From: Naegleria gruberi
Taxonomy: Eukaryota
Strand: one strand, 5' to 3'
Assembly (NCBI GenBank): GCA_000004985.1
Contig: GG738847.1
DNA: 64,000 nt
Position numbers and translations under genes: made by a program
Shown here: positions 41,401 through 52,662 of the stretch, one piece after another
How positions within the stretch are numbered: position 1 is the first letter of the stretch
Layout: each line of letters starts with the position of its first letter
The notes under the pieces: model-generated
What the model saw: the letters and a program-made list of their open reading frames with translations, nothing else
The model's database searches: none
What the model was told of the DNA's origin: nothing

Positions 41401-44400
41401 TGGAGATATCTATAAAGATTAGGAATGAGTTGACCTTCATCATGACTCATACCAGAACGGAAGTGAGTTATACCTGTATCAGTTTGCTTGGAATATTTGA
41501 GATCAGATTGTGGAATGAGTACGTGACCCATAGAAAGCATACCTAAACCACCCAATTCTTTTGGAGTATAGAATACAACAGGAGGGAATCTGGTAGGCAT
41601 CTTTGAGTTGAGGCCAATCTTGATTCTTGTTTGAATCTTATTTTCACATTTTACGAGAAGGTCAAGCATTTCTTGTGTATTAACAACAGCTTCACGGAAA
41701 TAAGTCATCAATCCAATAACAGCTGTGTTCCACTTGTTAACAATCTTGGTAAAGGTTGTAGAACCAGAAGCCATAAGAATCATTCTAATACGATTTTCAA
41801 ACTTTCTCATAGATTGTTCACTAACCTTCAGGTAGGCTTGGGCTGTTCTTTCCTTTGTGATTTCATTTCTCAAATCCCAAACACCATCCTTTGAGGTAAC
41901 AAATTGTTGAGAAGGAGCACGAATCTTTGGTAATACTCTAATTTCAAATCCAGACATACTGAATAACAAGTTAGGATTATCCTTACTGTAGACAGAGACA
42001 AATGAATCTTGCCATTTCAAAGTAGTGAGAGATTTTGGCAATCTATTAGTAATTTCCCAGAAAACAGCTCTTCCAAGGTTAACATCGTGTTTCATAAGTC
42101 TCATACGACCATCCCTTGGCCAACATTTCTTATTGTTGTATCCAACAATATTTTCATTGTTTGGATCAGGATGTTCAGTGAGGTATTTTTGAATAAGTTC
42201 ACGAGCCTCTTCATGAGTAAATTTGAAAAGTATATGGAACTCATCGATATATCTCGAGTATAATCTTATTGGATTGTTTGATTCTGTTTGTAAGTCCTTG
42301 TATGTAAGGAAAATATTTGGTTCTCTTGCAGGACCAGCTATTTCACTTGCTCTATCCAATCCAAGCATTAAAATATCCAAAATGAGACAATAGTATTGAG
42401 AAATAAAAGATGAAAATTGAAGACCTCTGATCAAACCATACATGTTCACGTGACTCATATCTTTGAATGTTAGAGTAACGTTGTTCTTGGCACACATATA
42501 ATCAGCAATATTACTGTCAACCACAAGTCTCAATAAACGGTTCAATAGAATTGGATCTATCTTTTCCCAAAGTTTATCAAACTTGGCTTGCATCATTACA
42601 ACACATTCACCATTTGAAGTTTCCCAAACATCTGACAGATTGTTAATAGCTTGGCACCACTTGTAAATAAGAAGTGGAGGTGGTTCAGAGTCGGATGGTT
42701 TAATCCAGTTAGGGAATAATCCTCTCTTGTCAGCTTCATACCACAAATATTGATCCAAGTAAGCATCGGTAATCTTTTCCATTGGTTCAACATCATAGAC
42801 AGGAATGAGATGGCTGTACAAATCCATATACTCGATAGACACTTCTTTGAAAGTTCTTTGTAAGAGTAAATGCTTCTTGATTCTAGTCAAGGCCTCATGT
42901 GGATTGTTATAAGCTTGTTCAATTAGACCAAGTTCTTCACGTTGTGAGTGGTTCAATCTACTCTTTACACTGTAAGCTTCTTTCAATCTTTCCAAAGCTA
43001 GAATAAGTAATTTGGTATCGTGCTTGTACGAAAGAGGAGGGAAAGGAATTGGTGCAAACTTTCTGCTTTCCAACCAGTGAACTGTGGCTGTATAGATAGC
43101 AACAGCTTCTTCTGAAGTAACATATGGACCATCTTTCATATAGTTATGTTGTCTCTCTTGTTCATCCTTCAGGTAGAGACGAGTGAGTCTTCCAAGATTC
43201 TTCTTACTGACAGTCTTATCAACAGTTACACCACGTTTAATACGTTCTCTATTATAGTGGGCAACATTGGTCCACCAGTCAGCCTTGGACTTTACATATC
43301 TCAATATCATATTTTCAATTGGAGAAGGAAGACCTGGAACTTTCCAAGGAATATTGGCCTTCCAACAACGCCAAGCTTCACTCAAGTGTTGCAAGACAAC
43401 TCTAGCCTTATTTTCTCTAATACCTTCAGGCATCATATCAAGAATATCATGCAAAACAGCTGCTCTTAACTCAAGATCAAAGTGAGATTCAACACGTTGT
43501 TTTGTGACAGATTTGGCTGTACCCTTATTTTGTCTTCCTTCAAATTGTTTGGCAAGCAAATTACCTAACCATCTTTCAAGAAGTGGTACAATACCACGCA
43601 AGAAGAATAACCAAACCCTCCAAGCAGGAGCCCAGAAACCACATCCAGGACCCTTATCAACTCCACCAGAATTAAATCTATAATAAATTAAGTGTTTCAA
43701 ATCTTTACACATTCTGATTTGTCTCATAAGTCTGTACTTGTAACGATACATGCCTGTAAGTTGGCCTACATGAGTGAAAATGTAATGCAAACCATCAGCA
43801 AGTTGGTATGCTTCAACATTACCCATTCTATATTGTACATGTGAGTCAACAACAAGTTTTGTCAATCTTAAAATTTCACGACAAAGGTGGAAAGCATTAC
43901 CGAATCTAGATTTTTTACGTTCCTTAGTTGTAAGTGTCTTGATTGGTTTCAAGTTAAAGTTATAATCCAAGTGCAAATAATTTAAATTTTTTCTGTGAAT
44001 TAATAAATTGAGCATATTGAAACCTTGTCTACAAACTTGTAAACCAGCTTCAACCCAATCAATCTTAGTAGTTTTGAAAAATTTGGTATTTTTGAGGGAT
44101 TTAAAGAGATTTCTCTTTGTTTGAGCCTTAGAAGGTTGATGATGTAATTCGTTCAATATGTAACATTTGAGAAGTTTTTGATAACTGACTCTAACCTTGA
44201 CAGGATGTTCAGGATTAGCATGTTCACGATACCATGATTTTACGAGAGGAATATCTTGTGCTCTTTTCATCTTTCCTGAACGATGACAGAATGGACTTGG
44301 AGCCCAATACAAATCAATACCTTGTTGAGTATACGGAGTCCAAAGTGGTTCTTCATCTAAAAGAGGAGAAACATCATCTGGAAGTACAAATACATCTCCA

Positions 44401-45706
44401 TCTCCACCAATATCTTCATATTCAAATTCATTATGTTCTTCGTCATATTGAGATTTGTATGATGAAATTGGGTTAATAGAGTGATGGAATTCAAAAACAT
44501 CTGCATCCGGATCTTCTGATTTGTTGAATGTTAAAAGTGGATGTCTATAACTGGAAAGTTCTACCTTTCTTGGTCTGTCATTATAGAGATGAGGGAATGC
44601 AACCTTGTATTCAGTTCTTACTTTTTGTCTGATAATAATTTTGTGAATATCATTAAATTCATTCCAATCCTCATCCTCTGCATCAACATCTCTGAAAAGT
44701 GGTTCAAACTTTGGTCCACCAGGGAGTGCCATATTTAATGCCTTACTAGTTTTGAATGCTTCTTTATCGAATAAATAGAAATAATTTGGATCTACAATGT
44801 CACTTAACAATCTTTCAGATAATCTGTAAAGGTTAGTCAGGATTGGTAAATTGAGTCTCCACTTCTTGTAACTACTTCCATTTACAAAGTTATTAATGTG
44901 TTCAATGAGAGGCTTATTTTGATAAAGCCAATCAAGTACAGCTAATCTTCTTCTGGATCAAGAGTCATTCTGATAGCTTCTTGAGGTTCTACTCCAAGAA
45001 TATTGCCACCATAATCAATTGGTGGTTCTTCGTCATCAAATGGTGGAAATCTCATTCTTCTGAAATGTTTTCTGTCCTTCTTTTCTCTTCTCATTAAAAT
45101 CCACATGGTTGCCCATTGTGCAAGGTAAACAGGTTCTATTACTCTAGGAATTTCATTCACAAAAGTAATGGCACCAGTGACATGATACAATACTTCAACT
45201 TCTCTCTTTTCTTCCCAAGGCATTGGCATATTTTCCAAAAGTTTGAGTACTGCATGTGGAATGTATTTTAATGCTCCAAGATAAACTCTCTTATCTCTTC
45301 TAAATTTTCTATTAGACATATCACCATGTTCCTTGATAATTTCTCTTAAAAGTTCTGGAGGCTCAATCTTGTTAATATTCTTCGCATTCTTTGATAATCC
45401 ACTTGATCCATTTGTTTGATTGATATTTTTAAATCTTCTCTTGTTAAATTTAATCCAAGCTTTTGCCTTTTGTTCTGTTGCTGTTGATGAAGATGTTGAT
45501 GATGAATTCTGAGTATTTACTCCTGGTGGCAAATTAGGAGTAGTACCAGTTGTTGATGGTTGTATTTTAATTCCAGGTGGAAGCTTTACTCCAGGAGGTA
45601 AATTAGGACGGCCTGTGCTACTACCTCTACCAAGAAGATTTTCTTGATTATTATCTTCCTCGTCATCATCATCAAACATCCGAATATGATCGTTGTTTGG
45701 TATCAT
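38436..45706 (-). CDS. PRPF8: Pre-mRNA-processing factor 8 (Prp8, U5 snRNP core), about 2380 aa. It is encoded as two ORFs (45706..44942 and 44810..38436) that abut with a -1 frame offset.
   Basis: Near-identity to human PRPF8 over the whole length ([29 protein letters not shown]..., [54 protein letters not shown], the RNase H-like and Jab1/MPN C-terminus). The N-terminal ORF ends ...RMTLDPEED, then TAG. The other frame continues [12 protein letters not shown]..., matching human ...LDPEEDAPVLDWFYDHQPL, so the gap is 1 nt short of two codons. This is a frameshift, not an intron. Confidence 0.9.
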
Positions 45707-46273
45707 TTTGTTGTTGAATTAAATAACAAGGCTCGTTTTTAAAATTTCCTCTCTACAAAAACAAGCACAATGCTTTTTAATTTTTTTTAAATATTTTTAT
45801 ATTTAATTTTTGATTAAACGCTTTTTCTTCACCTTCAATGTGTATTGATGCAATTTCGACTGGTCTGTTGAAGCTTGAAGAATAATTATGAAGAGTTATT
45901 TCCGATAGAATTTGAAACGTTGAAACTTCCCTGTGAAATTGGATTCCCCTTTGATGGATCCCTTTTTTTTGGAATGTTAAATGTATCTTTCTTAGTTTCT
46001 TCGACCATTGAATAGGCAGTTGATCAAGCTAATTTAATGCTTTTTGCAAACAGAATAAGGATAAACAATAAGGTGGTTGCTATTTTATTTTTTACAGTAA
46101 TAAGGGCTATTATTTACATTGATCAGAATATATTCGAATGCTCCTCGAATGTAGGAGTAGAATAAGTTAACTGATCATTCTCTCGTTTAATTAAACAATC
46201 TCAAAATATTTGATCCTGTTTCATCTCGCATGCTATTATAATTTGTAATTTTCAATTCAATTGAAACAACAAT

Positions 46274-46516
46274 TTAAGGAAGGGCAAATTCATCATCCAT
46301 TAGAAAATCCCTATCTTCTTTCGACTCTACTATTTTACTACTCCAATTCTGTACCATTGATTGAAGTCGTTGTGTATTGTCCATTATTGTGGAGAGAAAA
46401 TCATTGTCTCCAATAATTGAGAAGCCCTCATCCCTACAATCGGATAAATAATAAGAGTCTTCATCGAGTTTTGGTGATGATTTGCTGTCTCTCTTGCCGT
46501 AGTCAGTTGCTCTCAT
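46274..46516 (-). CDS. Small acidic hypothetical protein of about 80 aa.
   Basis: The ATG at about 46516 is in AAAAAAACAAATCAATATG context. The sequence is MRATDYGKRDSKSSPKLDEDSYYLSDCRDEGFSIIGDNDFL...DEFALP. No family was recognised, and it could be an exon of a larger gene. Confidence 0.3.
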   Translation of the reverse strand: MRATDYGKRDSKSSPKLDEDSYYLSDCRDEGFSIIGDNDFLSTIMDNTQRLQSMVQNWSSKIVESKEDRDFLMDDEFALP

Positions 46517-46756
46517 ATTGATTTGTTTTTTTAATGTTTGTTTTTCCAACTCAAAGCCTGGTTCATTGAAATCTTTAAAGAGTTTTCCATATGAATGAAT
46601 TTATTTACATTTTTACAATTTTGGCGCCAAGTGCAAATTGTACAAAGAAGCGGGAGTTGCCAATTCAAGTATTGAATTTACTTTCAACAGGTAGACATGT
46701 GACTAGTTCAATAACTTTATATTTTTTATATACAAATAAATACACTTATTTACAAG

Positions 46757-47926
46757 TTAAATAGCTGTTTTACAAATAGGACATTGATTCCTCATTCTCA
46801 ATGCTTGGAAAACACAATCACGATGATATTTGTGTAAACATGTTGGTAGAGTACAAACTACATCCCCAGATTCATACTTGCTCAAACAAATACAACAAGA
46901 TTCTTCTAAAAGACTTCTTCCTAAATTTTCAGAGCAATAAGGCACAGATGAATCTTGTTCATTGTTTGCACTTGAATTAGCTCCATTGGTAGGAACTCCA
47001 GTGTACAGCTCTGAATCATCATTGGAATGTTCTACAGCTGAAAGCGGAGGTATTCTGTATACTGTTAAACGTGAAAGAGTGTTTTCTGAAACACCTCTAG
47101 GTTCAGCATGATGCCCATCTAATTGTAAAAGAGTATCATAATCATTTGCATTAAAATCTCTATCAATCATCATTAATCTCAATGAATTGACATCCATTCC
47201 ACGGCTCTGTAATAATTCTAAAAGTCGTTGATTTCTTTCAGAAATTTCCTCTCCTTCCCAATCATCATGTTCTCCTTCATAACGAGCAAGTCCATACTTT
47301 AACATGTAATATTTGAGATTTCTGATCAAGGTGGATCTATTATGATTTAAACATAATGCGAGAAGTCTCTTTCCCCACAAACACGTACAACAAAAAGCAA
47401 TGCATGAAAACAAAATTGCATTCGGAATTGTGAGTGTGTAGAGTAAAACAGTTCGAAAACTGTTTGCGTTTGAAGTATCAGAAGAATTTTCCTGTCCACT
47501 ATCGGATGATGATGAGGATGGTTTAACAAAAGCTGCCACAAGTATAAAGTGAATAGCAATAATTATGATAAAAAGAATCGATATTACCATTAACACCACA
47601 ATTCTCCTTCTTAAATTCGGATTTAGATTTGAAAATGGGAATGGAGATCTTGTTTCTGTAGCTTGTTCTGGTGTATCATTAATAGCTGGTGTTGGTGTAT
47701 CGATATTATTAGAATTATTATTACTACTTCTATTCCATGAGAAGAATTGTCGGAGTGATTGAAATCTACTTGAATTGTTGTTATTATTATTTGCGACAAA
47801 AGATTGATATTCATCTTCTTGGGTGTGATTATTATTATCTTGTTCATCATCAGATTCTGTGAGTTGTACTCGAACTCCACGATAGGGATGAACAGGATCA
47901 GCCACACCACCGTTATTTGAGGACAT
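46757..47926 (-). CDS. Transmembrane RING-H2 E3 ubiquitin ligase (389 aa).
   Basis: The C-terminal RING-H2 is CCICLSKYESGDVVCTLPTCLHKYHRDCVFQALRMRNQCPICK. Two hydrophobic helices are present (IVVLMVISILFIIIIAIHFILVAAF; LLYTLTIPNAILFSCIAFCCTCLW). The N-terminal region is Asn-rich. Confidence 0.7.
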   Translation of the reverse strand: MSSNNGGVADPVHPYRGVRVQLTESDDEQDNNNHTQEDEYQSFVANNNNNNSSRFQSLRQFFSWNRSSNNNSNNIDTPTPAINDTPEQATETRSPFPFSNLNPNLRRRIVVLMVISILFIIIIAIHFILVAAFVKPSSSSSDSGQENSSDTSNANSFRTVLLYTLTIPNAILFSCIAFCCTCLWGKRLLALCLNHNRSTLIRNLKYYMLKYGLARYEGEHDDWEGEEISERNQRLLELLQSRGMDVNSLRLMMIDRDFNANDYDTLLQLDGHHAEPRGVSENTLSRLTVYRIPPLSAVEHSNDDSELYTGVPTNGANSSANNEQDSSVPYCSENLGRSLLEESCCICLSKYESGDVVCTLPTCLHKYHRDCVFQALRMRNQCPICKTAI

Positions 47927-48541
47927 TTTTTTGTATTGGAAAGAACTTGCTGATTGGTTGTTTGAAGATATTAATATTTAACGTGAGGTGACTACGATTG
48001 ACCTAGATGGAATCAAACAATGAGTAAAACAACTTGTTTTGATACCAAATGAAACAAAATTTTAAAGATTTTTGAAAGAAAAGTGTTGTCACTTCCATTA
48101 CTCAAAATTTATTCCACAAAACTTAGAAATTTATCCTTATTCACCATTGATTCAAAGTTGTTTGAATTTTTATACTTGAAACAAATGAAATCGAGTAATA
48201 AGTAAAAATAAAACAAGAGGCGATTCTTTCTTGTTTGGATTAGTTTCTAACTTTTTCGAGGATTTCAACAAAAACCAACGTTGAACTTTTTCCACTCAAG
48301 ATTAATTAAAATGCATTTTCAATGATGTAAATTATGAAGGATAGATCTGGAAGACCTGCCTCTTCTGTACAACTAGTAGCAATAGTGATCCCATAAGACG
48401 ATTTGCAATTGTGGCAGAATTCCACCAGAAGGAATTCAATACATCTTCATAAAGAATGAATAAACCATAGTACCAAAAGGCACATCATTGAAAATACTTT
48501 AATTAGCTTGTTTAAAATGAATAATTAAAAACTTTGAAAAA

Positions 48542-49135
48542 ATGTCTTTAAATCAAACAAATAACACAACACTCGTCACTCAACCATTGTTCGGAGGAGC
48601 AATGTGTATTGATTTACCATCAAGCTATTTGGATTCTTCAAATTTTAGAGAAATTCCCGATAATCAGGAAGTTTGGACTGATAACTTGGAAGTGCCTTCA
48701 CAATCATCACAATCATCAAGTTGTCCTTCAGTAATTATTGAAATTCTCGGAAGGTGTGAGGAGCCAAACCAAAGTGTGACATCATTCATGTTCGACGATT
48801 TGGCCACTGCTAACCATGTTGCACCAAATGATCGTTCCTTCTTATTCGAATTTGATGATACTACAATGACAAAATCTACCAATTTCCCAAATGCCGATTT
48901 TGCTGCTGGTGGTATTGGACAAATGAAAGTGGAAAAGAATAGAGATTTGGATTTGGTAACAGTATTTGTTTGGGTTTTAAGATTGAAGGAAATTGATACT
49001 GACATTCTCATCACTCTCAATGATCCTTGTATTCAATATTCTAATGCTCAAGAAGCCACACAATCACCTCGATTCCAATTATTCTCAAAAATTATCAGAT
49101 CCTTAAAGGTTTTGGACTGGGGATTATTTTGTTAA
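48542..49135 (+). CDS. RANGRF: Mog1/RANGRF (Ran guanine nucleotide release factor), 197 aa.
   Basis: PLFGGAMCIDLPSSYLDSSNFREIPDNQEVW parallels human RANGRF ([31 protein letters not shown]). It is a single exon. Confidence 0.7.
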   Translation: MSLNQTNNTTLVTQPLFGGAMCIDLPSSYLDSSNFREIPDNQEVWTDNLEVPSQSSQSSSCPSVIIEILGRCEEPNQSVTSFMFDDLATANHVAPNDRSFLFEFDDTTMTKSTNFPNADFAAGGIGQMKVEKNRDLDLVTVFVWVLRLKEIDTDILITLNDPCIQYSNAQEATQSPRFQLFSKIIRSLKVLDWGLFC

Positions 49136-49281
49136 TCTGATTCATAAAATGTCATCACATCTAGTTCAATTATTTCATCATCCACATAATTGTTTCAATT
49201 AATCATTTGAGAATTTGTGAAATTTAGAATTAAATAATTTGTAAATAATTTTTTTTTAGGATTTTATCAAAATTTAGAAAT

Positions 49282-50487
49282 TTAGAGTTCGTCGTGATCG
49301 GCCTTCTTTTCTTCGACTGGCTTTTCTTCTTGCTTCTTCTTTTCTTCTTCTTCTCTCTTCTTTCTTTCTTCTTCTTCCTTGGCCTTCTTGGCAGATTCAA
49401 TCTTATCGAAAGCTTCCTTTTCCTTCTTGGCACGTTCAACAACCTTTTGAACAGCTTCGTTGGCAACATCCAAATCATCAGTAACCATAATGTTATCAAA
49501 GATAGTACCAGCCTTAACTTGCCAGATTTCAATACCAGCATATTCAATATCGTTATACTTGGCAACATCTTCATCGAAAGCATAATCTGGGTTAGCAATG
49601 AGTGGAGCAGACCATTCACCCTTGTAAGCTGGGTTAGGGATCATTCTAGCCTTCCATTCACCCTTGTATTCTGGGTTTGGAATTTGAGGAGCTTCCCAGG
49701 CACCATCTTCTTCTTCGTCCCAGTTTTCTGGCTTCTTGGCTTCTGGATCAGAAATATACTTTGGTTGATCCCAGTCTTCTGGCTTCTTATCAGTTTCATC
49801 AACAATTTCCTTTTCATCAACCCAATCAGCTGGCTTCTTGGCTTGTGGATCTGGAATATCCTTTGGTGGCAAAAAGTCCCAATCATCATACAAACTTCCG
49901 CTTTCCTTCTTTTGACCATCAATTTGGACTTCATAGGTAGCATCAGGATTGATAATAGCAGTGTAAATGTGAGTGAGTTGATCAGTTTCACATGGAACAG
50001 TCTTCTTCCACAACAAGTTCTTACCCTTGTAGTTGAAGATGAAGTGAATTCTTCTAGTAGCAGAACCACAGATATCAGGACCGAACATAATTCTATATTC
50101 AGTGTCATCCTTGAAGTTTTCTTGGCTAGCACCAGTTGGCAAGAACTTTAAGTAAGCACCACCACAGTCAATGCTTTGTGGATGTTTAGTGGAGAATTGA
50201 ATAACGAGTGGCTTATCACCTCTAGAGACGGCTGGTTTATCGAATCTAGCAGAGATTGAGTAGTGTCTAGCATCTTGACCAGTTTGAAGACCCTTGTCTT
50301 CTTCAGCATCACCGTACCATTCACCGGCAGTGTGTTTCCATTCACCATAGTTATCCTTAGACTTGCTCTTAACCCATCTGGCTTCATATCCAGCATGGAA
50401 AGGTTCATAGAAGAAAGTTTCAGCTGAAACTATAGCAGCTACGCTCAACAAGAGAGCAGCTAACACGATATGTTTAGTTGTAAACAT
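49282..50487 (-). CDS. CALR: Calreticulin (401 aa) with a signal peptide and a C-terminal HDEL ER-retention signal.
   Basis: Signal peptide MFTTKHIVLAALLLSVAAIVSA. Calreticulin family motifs KHEQNIDCGGGYVKL-like (SIDCGGAYLKFLP) and IMFGPDICG are present. The P-domain repeats are PxxIxDPxAxKPEDWDE x3 and GEWxxPxIxNPxYK x3. The acidic C-tail ends HDEL. Confidence 0.9.
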   Translation of the reverse strand: MFTTKHIVLAALLLSVAAIVSAETFFYEPFHAGYEARWVKSKSKDNYGEWKHTAGEWYGDAEEDKGLQTGQDARHYSISARFDKPAVSRGDKPLVIQFSTKHPQSIDCGGAYLKFLPTGASQENFKDDTEYRIMFGPDICGSATRRIHFIFNYKGKNLLWKKTVPCETDQLTHIYTAIINPDATYEVQIDGQKKESGSLYDDWDFLPPKDIPDPQAKKPADWVDEKEIVDETDKKPEDWDQPKYISDPEAKKPENWDEEEDGAWEAPQIPNPEYKGEWKARMIPNPAYKGEWSAPLIANPDYAFDEDVAKYNDIEYAGIEIWQVKAGTIFDNIMVTDDLDVANEAVQKVVERAKKEKEAFDKIESAKKAKEEEERKKREEEEKKKQEEKPVEEKKADHDEL

Positions 50488-50961
50488 TTTTTTTGGCTGT
50501 TGTTTGTGATTGACGCGCTGTGGTGAAAAGCCTTGTAGAATTTATTGTGTTCCTGTGTGGCTTTAAGTTCCCGTTCTCCTTCTCTCTCTTGAACGAACGA
50601 TCTTGCATTAGAAAATGAAAGGGCAAACACGTGTTCGAGCTAACTTTGTTTGGGTAACAAGTTTACAAAACCATCTTCCGAGAGGTTATTCCGATATTTT
50701 GCTGCTTACATGTTATCCACACAATAGCCAATATCAATAAAATGTTTCAATTCAATATCTATGTATTGTCAGATTGAAGAAGTTGCTACTAATAATAACT
50801 ATAAACTTATGATTTATTTGAACAATTAGCCAGATGATCTTCTGCTTTTTTCATAATTTGGTTGATAACCAGCATCCGAACAAGCTCTGTTGTTTGAGTC
50901 ATTGAAAATGATATCCTAAAGTTAATTGATTAATTGATAATGGACAACAATGGGATTGAAA

Positions 50962-51465
50962 CTATTCGTCAAAATCTTCAAAATTATCATCCATATCATT
51001 TTCCACTTGGATTATCAAACTACAATTATTACAATTGATGTTATAGGATTTGAAACATCCACCATCTTGATTTTCATTTGAATCGTTAAGCACATCTTCC
51101 ATATGAATTGTGTACTCTCCACCACACCTACATTTATGAGTACAAACATCCTCATCTTGGTCATATTCCATTTCAGATAACAAAATGTAATCGGAAATAT
51201 TTCCCACCAACTGTTTCTCCAAATTATACTTATTTAAATGATATTCTCTATCGTACTGCCTCTTCTTCTTTGGATCTCTCAATAATTCGTAAGCTTGTTG
51301 AATTTCAATAAATTTCGTTTCTTCTTCATCGAGACCATTATTTTCCGAGAGATTTTTTCTATCGGGATGGTATTTGAGTGCAAGAACTTTATACTGTTGT
51401 TTGATATCATTCAATGATGCTTCGGTTGTTAATCCGAGAGTTGAATAAGGGCATAATTTACTCAT
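50962..51465 (-). CDS. DPH4: Dph4/DNAJC24 (diphthamide biosynthesis protein 4), with a J-domain plus a CSL-type zinc finger, 167 aa.
   Basis: The J-domain carries HPD (YSTLGLTTEASLNDIKQQYKVLALKYHPDRK...YELL). The C-terminal DPH-type metal-binding domain is CTHKCRCGGEYTI...YNINCNNCSLIIQV. Confidence 0.7.
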   Translation of the reverse strand: MSKLCPYSTLGLTTEASLNDIKQQYKVLALKYHPDRKNLSENNGLDEEETKFIEIQQAYELLRDPKKKRQYDREYHLNKYNLEKQLVGNISDYILLSEMEYDQDEDVCTHKCRCGGEYTIHMEDVLNDSNENQDGGCFKSYNINCNNCSLIIQVENDMDDNFEDFDE

Positions 51466-51649
51466 TTTTTATTCTTCAATTTTAAAAAAGAACTTTAATG
51501 ATAAATAATTTAAATATTAATATATTTAAATATTTGTTATATTTCTAATATATTTAAACATTGAAAGTAATTAGTAATTAAAATGTCATACATGTTCAAT
51601 TAGTAATTAAAATGTTATACATGTTCAATTTTATTTAATATTTAAAAAA

Positions 51650-52513
51650 ATGTCATCATCAGCAAATGGAGCAAGTGGTGGAGGTGGAACCATGATGGCT
51701 GCCAAATATGAACGTAATCAGGAGGCTACAATATTTGTGGGAAATTTGGATCAACAAGTTGATGAGGAATTATTATGGGAATTGTTTGTGCAGATGGGAC
51801 CTGTTGTAGATGCTAAAATTCCACGTGATCGTATTACTAATACACACTCTGGTTATGCCTTTGTAGAATTTAAACATGAACATGATGCTAATTATGCCAT
51901 TCAAGTTATGAATCAAATTAAATTATTCGGAAGACCAATGAAATTAAATCGTTACGATCAAGATAAATCAGCAAAGAATTTGGATGTTGGTGCCAATTTG
52001 TGGGTCGGAAATTTGGATCCTGTTGGAGTCAGTGATGAAGGTATTTTGAGAGAATTATTTGGACAATTTGGTGTCATGATACAAAATACACCAAGAATTC
52101 AAAGAGATCCAGAAACAATGGAAAGCAAAGGGTTTGCTTTTGTATCATATGACAATTTCGAGTCTGCAGATGCTGCCAAGATGCATTTGAATGGACAATA
52201 CATTTCTGGTAAGCCAATTATTGTAGAGTATGCCTTTAAACCAAATTCAAGAGAAAGATATGGTAGTGAAGCTGAAAGAGAATTAGCTGCCAAGAGACCA
52301 ATTACTGCTCAACAACAACAAATGAGATTGAATCACATGCAACAACTCCAAGCTCAACAAATGCTTGCATATCAAGCTCAATTACAACAAGTTCAGCAAC
52401 AAGGTGGAGTTGTTCTAATGATTCCAGCCAATCAAGCTGGAGCTGGTTTTCCAGTTGTCCAAGGAGTTATGCCACAAAATATGGGCCATTATTACGGAAA
52501 TATGCAACAATAA
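51650..52513 (+). CDS. SF3B4: Splicing factor 3B subunit 4 (SF3B4/SAP49), with two RRMs and a Q-rich tail, 287 aa.
   Basis: ERNQEATIFVGNLDQQVDEELLWELFVQMGPVVDAKIPRDRITNTHSGYAFVEFKHEHDANYAIQVMNQIKLFGRPMKLN parallels human SF3B4 RRM1. RRM2 is NLDVGANLWVGNLDPVG...SKGFAFVSYDNFESADAA. Confidence 0.85.
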   Translation: MSSSANGASGGGGTMMAAKYERNQEATIFVGNLDQQVDEELLWELFVQMGPVVDAKIPRDRITNTHSGYAFVEFKHEHDANYAIQVMNQIKLFGRPMKLNRYDQDKSAKNLDVGANLWVGNLDPVGVSDEGILRELFGQFGVMIQNTPRIQRDPETMESKGFAFVSYDNFESADAAKMHLNGQYISGKPIIVEYAFKPNSRERYGSEAERELAAKRPITAQQQQMRLNHMQQLQAQQMLAYQAQLQQVQQQGGVVLMIPANQAGAGFPVVQGVMPQNMGHYYGNMQQ

Positions 52514-52662
52514 TGAGTATTTTATGGAATTATTCAAAGCAGAATGTGAATTGTACAATGATTTTCACCCTTTTTGAGAGAACGTGATACAAGTTCATTA
52601 GGTTGTTTGCACTAAAAAGAAATAACATATGCACTTGATGTGAAGCAAAATATGAAATAAAT

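Noticed and set aside
38532-44738. Numerous 60-110-aa ORFs antisense to or out of frame within Prp8, the TOG gene, the MORN gene and others (for example 38532..38720, 41631..41894, 11548..11979, 27792..28046).
   Set aside because: They have no start context, lie inside strongly supported long coding ORFs, and have low-complexity or unbiased composition. They are the typical six-frame noise of AT-rich coding DNA.
44811-44941. The gap between the two Prp8 ORFs could have been a short intron.
   Set aside because: Both ORFs physically abut (the N-terminal frame ends at 44942 and the other frame is open from about 44957). No GT...AG is present. The flanking residues align contiguously to human PRPF8. 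It is a frameshift, not an intron.
50488-50560. An ERSE/UPRE-like element lies in the calreticulin promoter (gattgacgcgctgtggtg).
   Set aside because: CCAAT and CCACG-like halves are present but in the wrong order and spacing for CCAAT-N9-CCACG. TGACGCG is only a partial UPRE. This is too weak to call.
45706-51650. Co-location of the spliceosomal genes (Prp8, SF3B4) and the DNA-repair/replication genes (RPA1, Rad23) looked like a functional cluster.
   Set aside because: The genes are interspersed with unrelated housekeeping genes on both strands. It is most likely chance in a gene-dense genome.
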